From positions 1 through 43,929 of the IMG/VR virus record IMGVR_UViG_3300032320_002037: a stretch of 43,929 nucleotides of DNA. One strand, 5' to 3'. The translations under genes and the position numbers were made by a program. Within the stretch, counting starts at the first letter, position 1; each line of letters begins with the position of its first letter. Below, piece by piece: positions 1 through 8,239 of the stretch. The notes below the pieces were generated by a model. It ran no database searches and had not been told where the DNA came from. It was given only the letters and a program-made list of their open reading frames with translations. The DNA is from a virus (Duplodnaviria; Caudoviricetes).

Positions 1-123
1 CAGGCTTCCTTTCCAACGCACCTTCCGCTAACCGTGCTTGCCAATCGTCATTTTTCTCATCTTTACCCTTAGCAAGCGGCCCTACTGCCATCACTTCCAC
101 GGCATAAGCCTGCCCGCTTTTAA
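1..123. repeat. Terminal direct repeat, left copy (123 bp); circular-assembly overlap
   Basis: 1-123 is identical to 43807-43929; unique length 43806 bp. Confidence 0.97.
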
Positions 124-325
124 TCGCGGCTTGCTTCCATGCCATCGGCATCGTCCAGTCATAGCCTTTAGGTAACTCCACAGCGAATTCAATCGCCTGC
201 TGCCCGGTAATCTCACGTTTCGCTTTCTCGTTCTCCACCATCTTAGCACAGAGCCAATTTGGGAAAGAGAAAGAAATTTCGACATAGAGCCCGGAGCCAT
301 TTTCTTTAGCGTTAATCAATTTCAT
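1..325 (-). CDS. 5' part of a 171-aa early protein spanning the circular junction (MKLINAKENGSGLYVEISF...)
   Basis: Manual translation: ATG at 325 is open and in frame with ORF 43616-43906 across the repeat; downstream of a sigma70-like promoter. Confidence 0.85.
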   Translation of the reverse strand, partial: MKLINAKENGSGLYVEISFSFPNWLCAKMVENEKAKREITGQQAIEFAVELPKGYDWTMPMAWKQAAIKSGQAYAVEVMAVGPLAKGKDEKNDDWQARLAEGALERKP

Positions 326-485
326 AGCGTGATTCGAGCATAGGAAAAGCACCGGATTAGAAACGCCTAATCCTGCCATGCATGCTATGCTCGCTGCACG
401 CTAGGCTTGCTATCGCCTAGATGCCATTCATAAATCTCAAAGATCAGAGGCTTACCAAGCCCATCGGTATTTCATCCGACCCCAT

Positions 486-514
486 AACATAGCATATTCC
501 CCTTATCCTGTCAA
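486..514 (-). promoter_or_regulatory. Sigma70-type early promoter
   Basis: TTGACA (514-509), 17-nt spacer, TATGTT (491-486) with extended -10 TG. Confidence 0.75.
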
Positions 515-901
515 CCCCCTTTCCCCTTTCCCGCCTCCCAGCTATTAATTCGTTTTCGCATTAACCCTTTCCTGCGACTGAATCTCAATCTCAACAGGGG
601 TTCCCTTTGCCCTTGGGGGTCATGGGGTTTGTATTATATCCCCCACACTCGCGCGGCAGATTGAAACCACTCTAGCAATTATGACGAGAGAAGAAAGAAC
701 CGCCTGGGGCCGCGAGCCTTACCGCGAGCCCATTTTCCCGCTCGCCTTTTCCTTTGCTTTTTCCATTTCCCCTCTTACATTCACCCGATGAAAGCTCCGC
801 GCCCACAGGTTCGCCCAGTAACCTCCCCGCCTCCGCCCACGATTTTCTTCGTTCGCGACTCAACAAAGAAATAACCTCTCGGTCACTCACAAATACCCAT
901 T

Positions 902-1759
902 ATGTTCGGACTACGTCTAGGTTTGCAGACACTTATCGCAAGTGGTGGTTCTCCTTTCGTCGGTGCGCTAGACGAACTCCAATCCCAGGGTGCTCAGTTT
1001 CTATACGTTGGCTCGGTCAATCGTTTGCTCACATCTCACACTGGAAATGCCATGCGCCTGCAAGGCAACGGCACAGGAAGCCCAGAGGCAGACATCCCCT
1101 TTCTTGCCAATGGTCAGCTCGATTTAGCAGCAGCCGCAGCTATCGCGGCACAGGATGGCGGAACGGCAGCTTTTGGTGTGAATTGGTATGACCAAAGTGC
1201 AAGTTTTGAAGCAACACAACCAACGGCGGCAAGCCGAATGAAGTTTAGCACGGCGCTCAATGCCAAAGGTGGCTGGGGTGACGGTTCTTCTTCTACTGCA
1301 GTCTTTTTTAATATCAATCTTGGAACCGTTTCTTTTCCTTTTTATCTTTCTGCGGTAGTGAGAACAACTCTTAGCACTGTTGGCAGATCAGTGCTTGGAA
1401 CAGATTCAAGCAGCACGACTAGATTTATGCGCGTTACAAATGGTGCAATGCAGCAAAACTGGGTCGGCACGACCTTAAACGGCACCGCCGGTGAAGTCTC
1501 AAACGGATTGCATGTGTTGGGATTTTTGGCCAATGGCGCTTCTTCAAAGAACTTTCTTGATGGGTCGCTGCTGTTAACTGGAAACGTTGGAACCGGTATA
1601 ATCAGCATGGCGCAGGGCCGCATCGGTGGACCGTCGTTAAATAATTGGCTTAATAGGGCTGGCAATGCCATTTTTGAAATTGTCATTTTTAACGGCGACC
1701 CCACTGGACTTGCTGGGTGGAGCGCATTTCAAGCTAATCAACTGGCTAGATTCTCATAA
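902..1759 (+). CDS. Putative receptor-binding/tail fibre protein with a lectin (ConA/LamG-like) beta-sandwich
   Basis: G/S/T/A-rich, WYDQS motif, C-terminal 'IFEIVIFN' strand typical of LamG-like domains. Confidence 0.55.
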   Translation: MFGLRLGLQTLIASGGSPFVGALDELQSQGAQFLYVGSVNRLLTSHTGNAMRLQGNGTGSPEADIPFLANGQLDLAAAAAIAAQDGGTAAFGVNWYDQSASFEATQPTAASRMKFSTALNAKGGWGDGSSSTAVFFNINLGTVSFPFYLSAVVRTTLSTVGRSVLGTDSSSTTRFMRVTNGAMQQNWVGTTLNGTAGEVSNGLHVLGFLANGASSKNFLDGSLLLTGNVGTGIISMAQGRIGGPSLNNWLNRAGNAIFEIVIFNGDPTGLAGWSAFQANQLARFS

Positions 1760-2148
1760 TGATTATCTACATTCCATCCTCTGCGGCTAAAGAACTGAGC
1801 GAAGCTCTTTGGGAGCTATCACGCCCAGCCTCTTTGCAAAACAGTGGCGACACCACGCAAATGTTTAGCTGGATCGACGATGTCCAAGGCAATCGCTGGA
1901 TCGAAGTCTATGACGATTTCTCCATCATCATCCACCCCAACGCTGAACTTGGTAAAATTGCCGACATTCTCCAGCCCTGGATCACCAGTGGTCACCTACC
2001 ACCGGACACCAACACAAGCCTTGCCACCCTCATCGAGTCCAAGCGCGGTCAACACTTTGTTATCTATGACGCTTTTCCACAGTTCTTTAAAAACATGAGC
2101 CTAACAATGCCTGAGCTAATCAATTCTAAGAAGATTTTAGCCCAATAA
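1759..2148 (+). CDS. Hypothetical protein (possible fibre partner/chaperone)
   Basis: TAATG coupling to the upstream gene, 129 aa. Confidence 0.6.
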   Translation: MIIYIPSSAAKELSEALWELSRPASLQNSGDTTQMFSWIDDVQGNRWIEVYDDFSIIIHPNAELGKIADILQPWITSGHLPPDTNTSLATLIESKRGQHFVIYDAFPQFFKNMSLTMPELINSKKILAQ

Positions 2149-2157
2149 CCCACACCA

Positions 2158-2526
2158 ATGAGCTCAAGCTTTCAAAATCCTTTCCAATCCCTCGGCGTTA
2201 CCCCTTGGCAACTCATCCTTGGCATAGCCTGCATTGGTTCTTGGTGGGCAACAGTCCAGCCTTTGCCAGGTAAACTTGAACAATTAAACAACACTGTTCA
2301 AAATCTTTCAACCAAAGTAGAGATTCAAGCTGTTCTTCTTAACTCTGTCAAAGAACTGCACGAGGACGTCAAAGAAAACCGTGAAGAAACCCGTATTGAG
2401 ATCAAAAATCTTCGCGAAGAACTCTCCCGTATCTATTCCCGCCTAGCTGTCAATCGGTCATTGCCAAAAACCGAGGACCTTTTAGGCAAACTTACCCAAC
2501 CAAATGAACTTTCTCCTGTCCAGTGA
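2158..2526 (+). CDS. Membrane-anchored coiled-coil protein (holin/spanin-like)
   Basis: N-terminal hydrophobic helix plus heptad coiled coil, adjacent to the endolysin. Confidence 0.5.
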   Translation: MSSSFQNPFQSLGVTPWQLILGIACIGSWWATVQPLPGKLEQLNNTVQNLSTKVEIQAVLLNSVKELHEDVKENREETRIEIKNLREELSRIYSRLAVNRSLPKTEDLLGKLTQPNELSPVQ

Positions 2527-2617
2527 GCTGACTTTTAAAGAACCCATCGGTTGGATTGTAGTTTCTTGCATTTGCCTAGTGTGGACAATGATAATTTTTG
2601 TGAATAAACAGCCATGA
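2504..2617 (+). CDS. Small single-TM protein, 37 aa (putative lysis component; absent from the ORF track)
   Basis: MNFLLSSELTFKEPIGWIVVSCICLVWTMIIFVNKQP; ATGA overlap with the endolysin start. Confidence 0.55.
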   Translation: MNFLLSSELTFKEPIGWIVVSCICLVWTMIIFVNKQP

Positions 2618-3114
2618 CTACGTTTGTTAAAGCTCTGCTCACTATTGCTCACCGTGAAGTTGGCGTTACCGAAGTTGGTAAGTCAAATCGGGGACCACGT
2701 GTGGACCAATATCAACAAGCAACATGGCTGGACAAAAAAGACTGGGGAGCTTGGTGCGCAGCTTTTGTTTGCTGGGTTGTTCGTGAGGCGCTTTCCCAAA
2801 CCAACACCAAAGAAACCGATAATTTCAAGCGCCCGCGCACTGCTGGAGCATGGGATTTTGAGCGTTGGTCCTTGGCCCAGGACTCAACAACGCAAACTCG
2901 CAAGCCAGCAGGCTCTGACATTCTTCCCGGAGACCTGATTGTTTTTAAATTTTCTCACATCGGCATTGCTCAGTCTGCACCTGATCGCCAGGGCAACTTC
3001 ACCACCATTGAAGGTAACTCTAATTCCAAAGGCTCGCGCACAGGTGGTCAGGTTTGCGAGGGCAATCGCAACATCTCCCAAGTCCGCTCACGTATTCGCT
3101 TTACACTGCCATGA
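2614..3114 (+). CDS. CHAP-domain endolysin
   Basis: WCAAFV catalytic Cys, SHIGI His, TIEGN motif. Confidence 0.85.
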   Translation: MTTFVKALLTIAHREVGVTEVGKSNRGPRVDQYQQATWLDKKDWGAWCAAFVCWVVREALSQTNTKETDNFKRPRTAGAWDFERWSLAQDSTTQTRKPAGSDILPGDLIVFKFSHIGIAQSAPDRQGNFTTIEGNSNSKGSRTGGQVCEGNRNISQVRSRIRFTLP

Positions 3115-3668
3115 TTCTTAACATCCAAGGTCTTGATTCGTTTCCTCGGACAGCGCTTTCACCGGTAGAGACGCTTCCGCCTGAGGACTTGACCATTGCT
3201 TCTGCTCGCAAAGGTCTAGCTCCTACCTTCCACGGTTCCAAGCCACCCGTTACTGAGATTCAAAAAGAAAAAGCTGTTCATCGCCTAGCCGCACACATGA
3301 TTGCTTCAGGTGCACGGCCTAAAACTGTTGCCGCCGAGCTTGATGTCGCCGAGTCCACGGTTTCTAACTGGATCCGTCAGCCTTGGTTCCAAGCTAACGT
3401 CAACCAAATCATCCAAGACGAATTCTCCGGTGACATCACTCAGATGCTCAAATCTGCAGCTTCATCCGCGGTCTTGGTCACAATGGACTTGATGAACAAC
3501 TCGGTTGACGAGAAAGTTAAACTGAGCGCAGCTAAAGACATTCTTGATCGTTTTCGTGGTAAACCTACAAACTTTGTTCACCACACAAACCATCAAATCT
3601 CCGAAAACCCTGCTGAGGAAATTAAACGCCTCGAAGAAACCCTGCTCAAAACCACAATCCAAAATTAA
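3111..3668 (+). CDS. terS: Putative terminase small subunit (HTH)
   Basis: HTH 'PKTVAAELDVAESTVSNW' and 'VKLSAAKDILDR'; ATG at 3111 overlaps the endolysin stop. Confidence 0.6.
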   Translation: MILNIQGLDSFPRTALSPVETLPPEDLTIASARKGLAPTFHGSKPPVTEIQKEKAVHRLAAHMIASGARPKTVAAELDVAESTVSNWIRQPWFQANVNQIIQDEFSGDITQMLKSAASSAVLVTMDLMNNSVDEKVKLSAAKDILDRFRGKPTNFVHHTNHQISENPAEEIKRLEETLLKTTIQN

Positions 3669-3673
3669 CCTTT

Positions 3674-4102
3674 ATGCCTCTCGATTATCAAACCTCTGAA
3701 AAGATCACTGCAATTGTTCTTGACTCTGACCCTTCCGGTCGTGCAAACCTCAAACCTAACACCAACGGCCTTGGCTATGCTTCTGGCGGTGGCACTGTAA
3801 CCCAAACTGTTTCTGCTTCCACCGGCGTAGAACTTAACAAGCTCTGCGGTCAGATCACCACCGTTGCTCTTACCACCGCTGCTAACGCTGAAGAAGTCTT
3901 CACCGTCACCAATTCCTTCGTCGACGCTTCTGACGTTGTTGTCGCTTCCACCACTTATGCTGGCGCCGGCACAATTCAGATCTCCACTAAAAAGGTGGTT
4001 GACGGAGCTTTTGACCTTGTCATTGCTAACCATCACGCTTCCAACGCACTTAACGCCGCTGTTACTGTTAACTTTGTGGTCATCAAGTCCGTTACTGCTT
4101 AA
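3674..4102 (+). CDS. Virion decoration/fibre-like protein
   Basis: GGTVTQ...TGVELNKLCGQIT motif, beta-rich, strong codon bias, followed by a terminator. Confidence 0.55.
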   Translation: MPLDYQTSEKITAIVLDSDPSGRANLKPNTNGLGYASGGGTVTQTVSASTGVELNKLCGQITTVALTTAANAEEVFTVTNSFVDASDVVVASTTYAGAGTIQISTKKVVDGAFDLVIANHHASNALNAAVTVNFVVIKSVTA

Positions 4103-4114
4103 CACTTAACCTTT

Positions 4115-4155
4115 AGCTCTCGGTAACTCACACTTACCGAGGGCTTTTCTTTTTT
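4115..4155 (+). terminator. Rho-independent terminator
   Basis: gctctcggtaa/ttaccgagggc stem followed by ttttctttttt. Confidence 0.8.
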
Positions 4156-4404
4156 ATGTACAACACAAGAGAATTTTCAGATAACGGTTTTAAAGTTGTA
4201 GCAAATACAAATGCACTAGAGGTTGGAAAATATTCCGGCATCCAGGTGCTTGAAGCTGCTGTGATTGCTTCGATTACTTTTGAGTCTGGCTATAATGGCG
4301 ACACGGGAATCCAAACTTTGACACTTCCTGCTGGACTTTATCGGCCTATGTTGTTTACCACATTGACGCTTACTAGTGGTAAAATTATTGCGGAGAAACT
4401 TTAA
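4156..4404 (+). CDS. Hypothetical small virion protein
   Basis: 82-aa beta-rich ORF in the late cluster. Confidence 0.6.
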   Translation: MYNTREFSDNGFKVVANTNALEVGKYSGIQVLEAAVIASITFESGYNGDTGIQTLTLPAGLYRPMLFTTLTLTSGKIIAEKL

Positions 4405-4416
4405 GTCAAACTTTCA

Positions 4417-4818
4417 ATGAACCCTAAGCTCGAAGCTGCATTTTTAACCAATCCTCGCTTTGAGGATGTTTCTGAAGGCGGAGTTACTCAAAAGCTCAAA
4501 CTGCTTGACGAGCTTAGGGTTTTTTCCGCAGTGCTGAATGATTTTATCCACATTCCAGCTGGATTTGTTTTTGAAGAAAGCATCCCGTCTTTTCTTTTTT
4601 CTTTCTCGCGGCCTCGTGGTGAAAGCAAACGAGCAGCTTGCATTCATGACTGGCTTTACATTTACAACTCTTACACTAATCCTGGTGGCACGTTTCCAGT
4701 AACCCGCTCGCAAGCGGATAATGTTTATTACGAATTTCTTCGAGCTAAAGGTGTTAAGCCTATTCGCGCTTACATGCGTTGGCTTGGTGTTCGCTTGGGT
4801 GGCTGGCCACATTTTTAA
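4417..4818 (+). CDS. DUF1353-family protein
   Basis: IPAGF..ESIP, AACIHDWLY, RSQAD.VY, GVRLGG motifs. Confidence 0.8.
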   Translation: MNPKLEAAFLTNPRFEDVSEGGVTQKLKLLDELRVFSAVLNDFIHIPAGFVFEESIPSFLFSFSRPRGESKRAACIHDWLYIYNSYTNPGGTFPVTRSQADNVYYEFLRAKGVKPIRAYMRWLGVRLGGWPHF

Positions 4819-4830
4819 CCTTTTAATCTT

Positions 4831-5514
4831 ATGCCTTCTAACTATAAATACTATGATGCTTTTGGTATTGAGCGCACTGTTGCTAGCGTGCTTGATCCGC
4901 TTACTCTTACAGGTGTTGGTGTAACTGCTACAAGCAATGTGATCACGGTTGCTGAAGCCTCTGTGGTTTTTCCTGGGCAACCAATCAGCTGTTTTGGAAT
5001 TCCTTTGGGTGCTTTTGTTCATTCGATAAAAAGAACTACTGGCAGCCCTACTGAGCTTACTCTTTGGGCTAGCAGTTTTAATTTAACCACTGGAGTTTGG
5101 TCAACCTCTGCCGCTAATGCTAATGCTATTGCTGGCTCAACGGCTTCTAACATTTCTGCTGTAGTTTCTGGCTTCTGTCCATTTACTATTGTTTCTCTTG
5201 CCTATGCAATGGGCATGTGGAGAAACTTACATAGTTTTGAAAGTAAACTTTTTAGTTACACAGCTGGTGTCACCAACGTAGCTGGTGCAAGCGGTGGATT
5301 AGGTATTTCAATCGTGCCAACTACTACAACGGTTGCTAGTGGTCTTGCTTCAATGACGGCAGCTCGCGTAGCAACAACCGATGCTTTAGACGCTGTGCCA
5401 CTGAAGCGCCATAACGGTGAACTTCACGGTGCTTATATTCTTGTTAGCTCTCTTGGTCACAAGAGTGTTGTTCAAGCACTGCCAGGTCGTGAGCTAATCT
5501 ACAGCCCAACTTAA
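4831..5514 (+). CDS. Putative tail fibre/virion protein
   Basis: A/S/T/G-rich 227 aa in the structural cluster. Confidence 0.5.
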   Translation: MPSNYKYYDAFGIERTVASVLDPLTLTGVGVTATSNVITVAEASVVFPGQPISCFGIPLGAFVHSIKRTTGSPTELTLWASSFNLTTGVWSTSAANANAIAGSTASNISAVVSGFCPFTIVSLAYAMGMWRNLHSFESKLFSYTAGVTNVAGASGGLGISIVPTTTTVASGLASMTAARVATTDALDAVPLKRHNGELHGAYILVSSLGHKSVVQALPGRELIYSPT

Positions 5515-5515
5515 T

Positions 5516-6349
5516 ATGGCTTCTTCTGAAAAAGTCCACTATTCAATTTTTCCCATTGCTGGCTCTATCAACGAGCGTGGAATTATTCTTCATGTTCGCG
5601 AGAGTCGTTTTACTGCCAGCACAACGCTGGTAGCTGGAACAACTCTTGCTAACTTTATGTCAGCTGAAGCTGTGGACAAAGGAGATGCAATTGAGCAAGG
5701 CTTTGGTTCTTACATTTACTGTGAACAACTGCCTAAAGAAGGCAATAACCTACGTTTTGTTTTTCTTAAATCTAAAACGCCAGCGGAACAACTTCAGGTT
5801 GTAAAGCCAAGTTTTACCATTAACGAAACAACTTATTGGCCGGATTGGCTTCTTTCTCTTTACGCACTCGAGGCTGAGATTGCTTTGCAAAGTGAATCAG
5901 GTGTTCTTGGTATTGGCGGAAACACATCTAATGCCGTTACCGGCAAGCGTATCTTAGATCGCTATATTCTTTTTAAAGGTGGCGAATTTAACACCATTCA
6001 CGAAATTGACGAGTTCTTTTCACCTGATCCAATTACCTCTCTTTCCGCTACCGAGCCTCGCCCCATGCCGGTGTTCTACAACTATTACGGTGTTCGCAAT
6101 TCACTTAACTGCATTCATGCAGGTGTAACAGTTCCAGAACCATACATTACTGCAACTTTGGTCGAAAACTTCGGCACGCCTAACGCTCAAAAAGTAACCT
6201 GGGAACAGGGTTCAGTCTTTCCACCTACAAACCAGGTTGCTTGGATTCCACACTACCGCAAGTTAATTGTCACCGAACGAGATGGTGGCTTCTACTACCG
6301 CCGGCACAAAGTTCTCCCTCCTCGTCTTAACCGCGCAATTCAAATCTAA
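5516..6349 (+). CDS. Hypothetical protein (probably structural)
   Basis: 277-aa ORF tightly packed between neighbours. Confidence 0.6.
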   Translation: MASSEKVHYSIFPIAGSINERGIILHVRESRFTASTTLVAGTTLANFMSAEAVDKGDAIEQGFGSYIYCEQLPKEGNNLRFVFLKSKTPAEQLQVVKPSFTINETTYWPDWLLSLYALEAEIALQSESGVLGIGGNTSNAVTGKRILDRYILFKGGEFNTIHEIDEFFSPDPITSLSATEPRPMPVFYNYYGVRNSLNCIHAGVTVPEPYITATLVENFGTPNAQKVTWEQGSVFPPTNQVAWIPHYRKLIVTERDGGFYYRRHKVLPPRLNRAIQI

Positions 6350-6353
6350 CTCA

Positions 6354-7862
6354 ATGACTCCCGTTGACCCCGACCAGCAAGATCGACTAAAAGCTCTTCG
6401 ACGCCTAGCCGAACTCCGTAAAAACTACGGACTCTTTGCCTATCGTCCCCAGCCTAAGCAAAACCTTTTCCACCTTGCTGCACATTACAAATACCGTTAT
6501 CTTCGCACTGGCAACCGCTTTGGCAAGTCCACTTGCGGTTCTGCTGAAGATTGCGCTTTTGCTCTTGGCGCTCGTCTTTGGCTTCCTGAATCCGATCCAA
6601 ATCGGTATTTGGGGATTCCCAAGAGGGCGACAAAAGGAGTTATTCTTGTTGCTGATTGGGACAAGGCGCGGGAAATCTTTACTTCGCTGGAAACTGGAAA
6701 GCTGATGGCGTTCTTGCCAAAGGATCGAATTGAGGCTATTTTGAAAAATCAGGCTGGTGAGGTTTCGGTTATTAAGCTTAAGAATATCTGGGGAACTGTC
6801 TCTACGATAGAGCTGGACACTGTGCGGTCGTATATGGCTAATCCAATGGGACTTGAGTCTTCTCAGTGGGATTGGATTCATGTGGATGAACCGATTCCTG
6901 AGGGAATGTGGAATGCGGTTAGTCGTGGTTTGATGGATACTGGTGGCTCAGCTTGGTTTACCTGCACACCTATTGCAGAGCAGTGGATTAATGAGTTTTT
7001 CCTTCCAGTTAAGATGATGAAGAGTCAGTTTGAGGAAGGGTTTTCCTGGGATAAGAAGCCTGAATGCTGGATCATGACTGGGTCTAGCTATGATAATCAG
7101 ACATTGGATCGTAAAGAAGTTGACCTATTTGCAAAGCAGCTTTCGGAAAGTGAAAGGGCTAGTCGAATTTATGGGTTGCCGAAGAACTCTCAGGGCCTAG
7201 TCTATGCGGAGTTTGACCAAGAAAAGCATGTGCAGATTGAATTGCCACATGGCTGGAAAGACTATGATGCACCGCCGGATAATTATACTATTCGGGTTTT
7301 TATTGACCCGCATCCGCGCACACCTCATGCGGTGCAGTTCTGGGCTACCGCGCCGACAGGGCAATCGTTCTGTTATCAGGAAATCTTTTCTCCTTGCTAT
7401 ATTCAGGATCTTTGCTCGATGATTTTGAGGATTCTTAATGGGCGCACACCGTGGCAAATTTGCATTGACCCCATTGCTTTTATTCCTAACCCGGTTGATG
7501 GTAAGTGCTACGCGGATGTCTTTATTGCTAATGGGCTTAATGTAATGCCCGCGCCTAAAGAACTTTCAACTGGGATTCAGAAAGCTAAACAAGAGCTTAT
7601 TCGGGAAAATAATATCTTTATTATGTCCTCGTGTTCGGAGACTATTAAGGAATTTTACACCTATTGTTGGGATAAAGATAAAGAAAAACCCGTTGACAAA
7701 AACGATCACATGATGGAATGTTTCTACCGGGCGTGCGTTGTTGGCCTTGATTGGATTGATACTTCACGGCAAAACATAACCCTAGACAAGAGTAATTTTA
7801 TGGATCGTTCGTTAGATCTAAACTTTTTCTCTTTTGGTAACTTTTCAAAAATTGCAGCTTAA
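6354..7862 (+). CDS. terL: Terminase large subunit
   Basis: Walker A GNRFGKS, Walker B IHVDE, FTCTP coupling motif, RNase H-like FIDPH and NDHMMEC. Confidence 0.93.
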   Translation: MTPVDPDQQDRLKALRRLAELRKNYGLFAYRPQPKQNLFHLAAHYKYRYLRTGNRFGKSTCGSAEDCAFALGARLWLPESDPNRYLGIPKRATKGVILVADWDKAREIFTSLETGKLMAFLPKDRIEAILKNQAGEVSVIKLKNIWGTVSTIELDTVRSYMANPMGLESSQWDWIHVDEPIPEGMWNAVSRGLMDTGGSAWFTCTPIAEQWINEFFLPVKMMKSQFEEGFSWDKKPECWIMTGSSYDNQTLDRKEVDLFAKQLSESERASRIYGLPKNSQGLVYAEFDQEKHVQIELPHGWKDYDAPPDNYTIRVFIDPHPRTPHAVQFWATAPTGQSFCYQEIFSPCYIQDLCSMILRILNGRTPWQICIDPIAFIPNPVDGKCYADVFIANGLNVMPAPKELSTGIQKAKQELIRENNIFIMSSCSETIKEFYTYCWDKDKEKPVDKNDHMMECFYRACVVGLDWIDTSRQNITLDKSNFMDRSLDLNFFSFGNFSKIAA

Positions 7863-7867
7863 AACTT

Positions 7868-8239
7868 ATGCCTGACTATAAGACTATTCCAAACCCAAGA
7901 GAATTCTTTGGTTGGTCACAAGACTACAAAGGGACTTTAGCCGATACTGTAAATCATCGCACTAACGTGGCTCCAGCTACTGGGCCTACGCAAGATGATA
8001 TAATTCTGGCTATTAACAAACTAATGGGCACGGCTCCAGCGCAAGCTAAACGTGCTCATGTGGGTATTCCATTTTTAATGCAAGCTGAGCCAGGAATGAC
8101 TGCAATCTCTCCATCTCGTGAAGCCTATTCTCAAGCTTATGATTTAATTCAAGGAGCAAAACTTCCTGCTGACTTAGATCAAGCAGCTCAAACACAAATG
8201 CTTTTAGCTCATCTCCGTAGCCAAGGTATCCAACCATGA
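7868..8239 (+). CDS. Hypothetical protein
   Basis: 123 aa, ATGA-coupled to the portal gene. Confidence 0.6.
   Translation: MPDYKTIPNPREFFGWSQDYKGTLADTVNHRTNVAPATGPTQDDIILAINKLMGTAPAQAKRAHVGIPFLMQAEPGMTAISPSREAYSQAYDLIQGAKLPADLDQAAQTQMLLAHLRSQGIQP

Noticed and set aside
91-300. 69-aa minus-strand ORF
   Set aside because: Different frame from the junction-spanning gene starting at 325
672-1191. ORFs 672-890 (-) and 754-1191 (+)
   Set aside because: Low-complexity translations of regulatory DNA or an alternate frame of 902-1759
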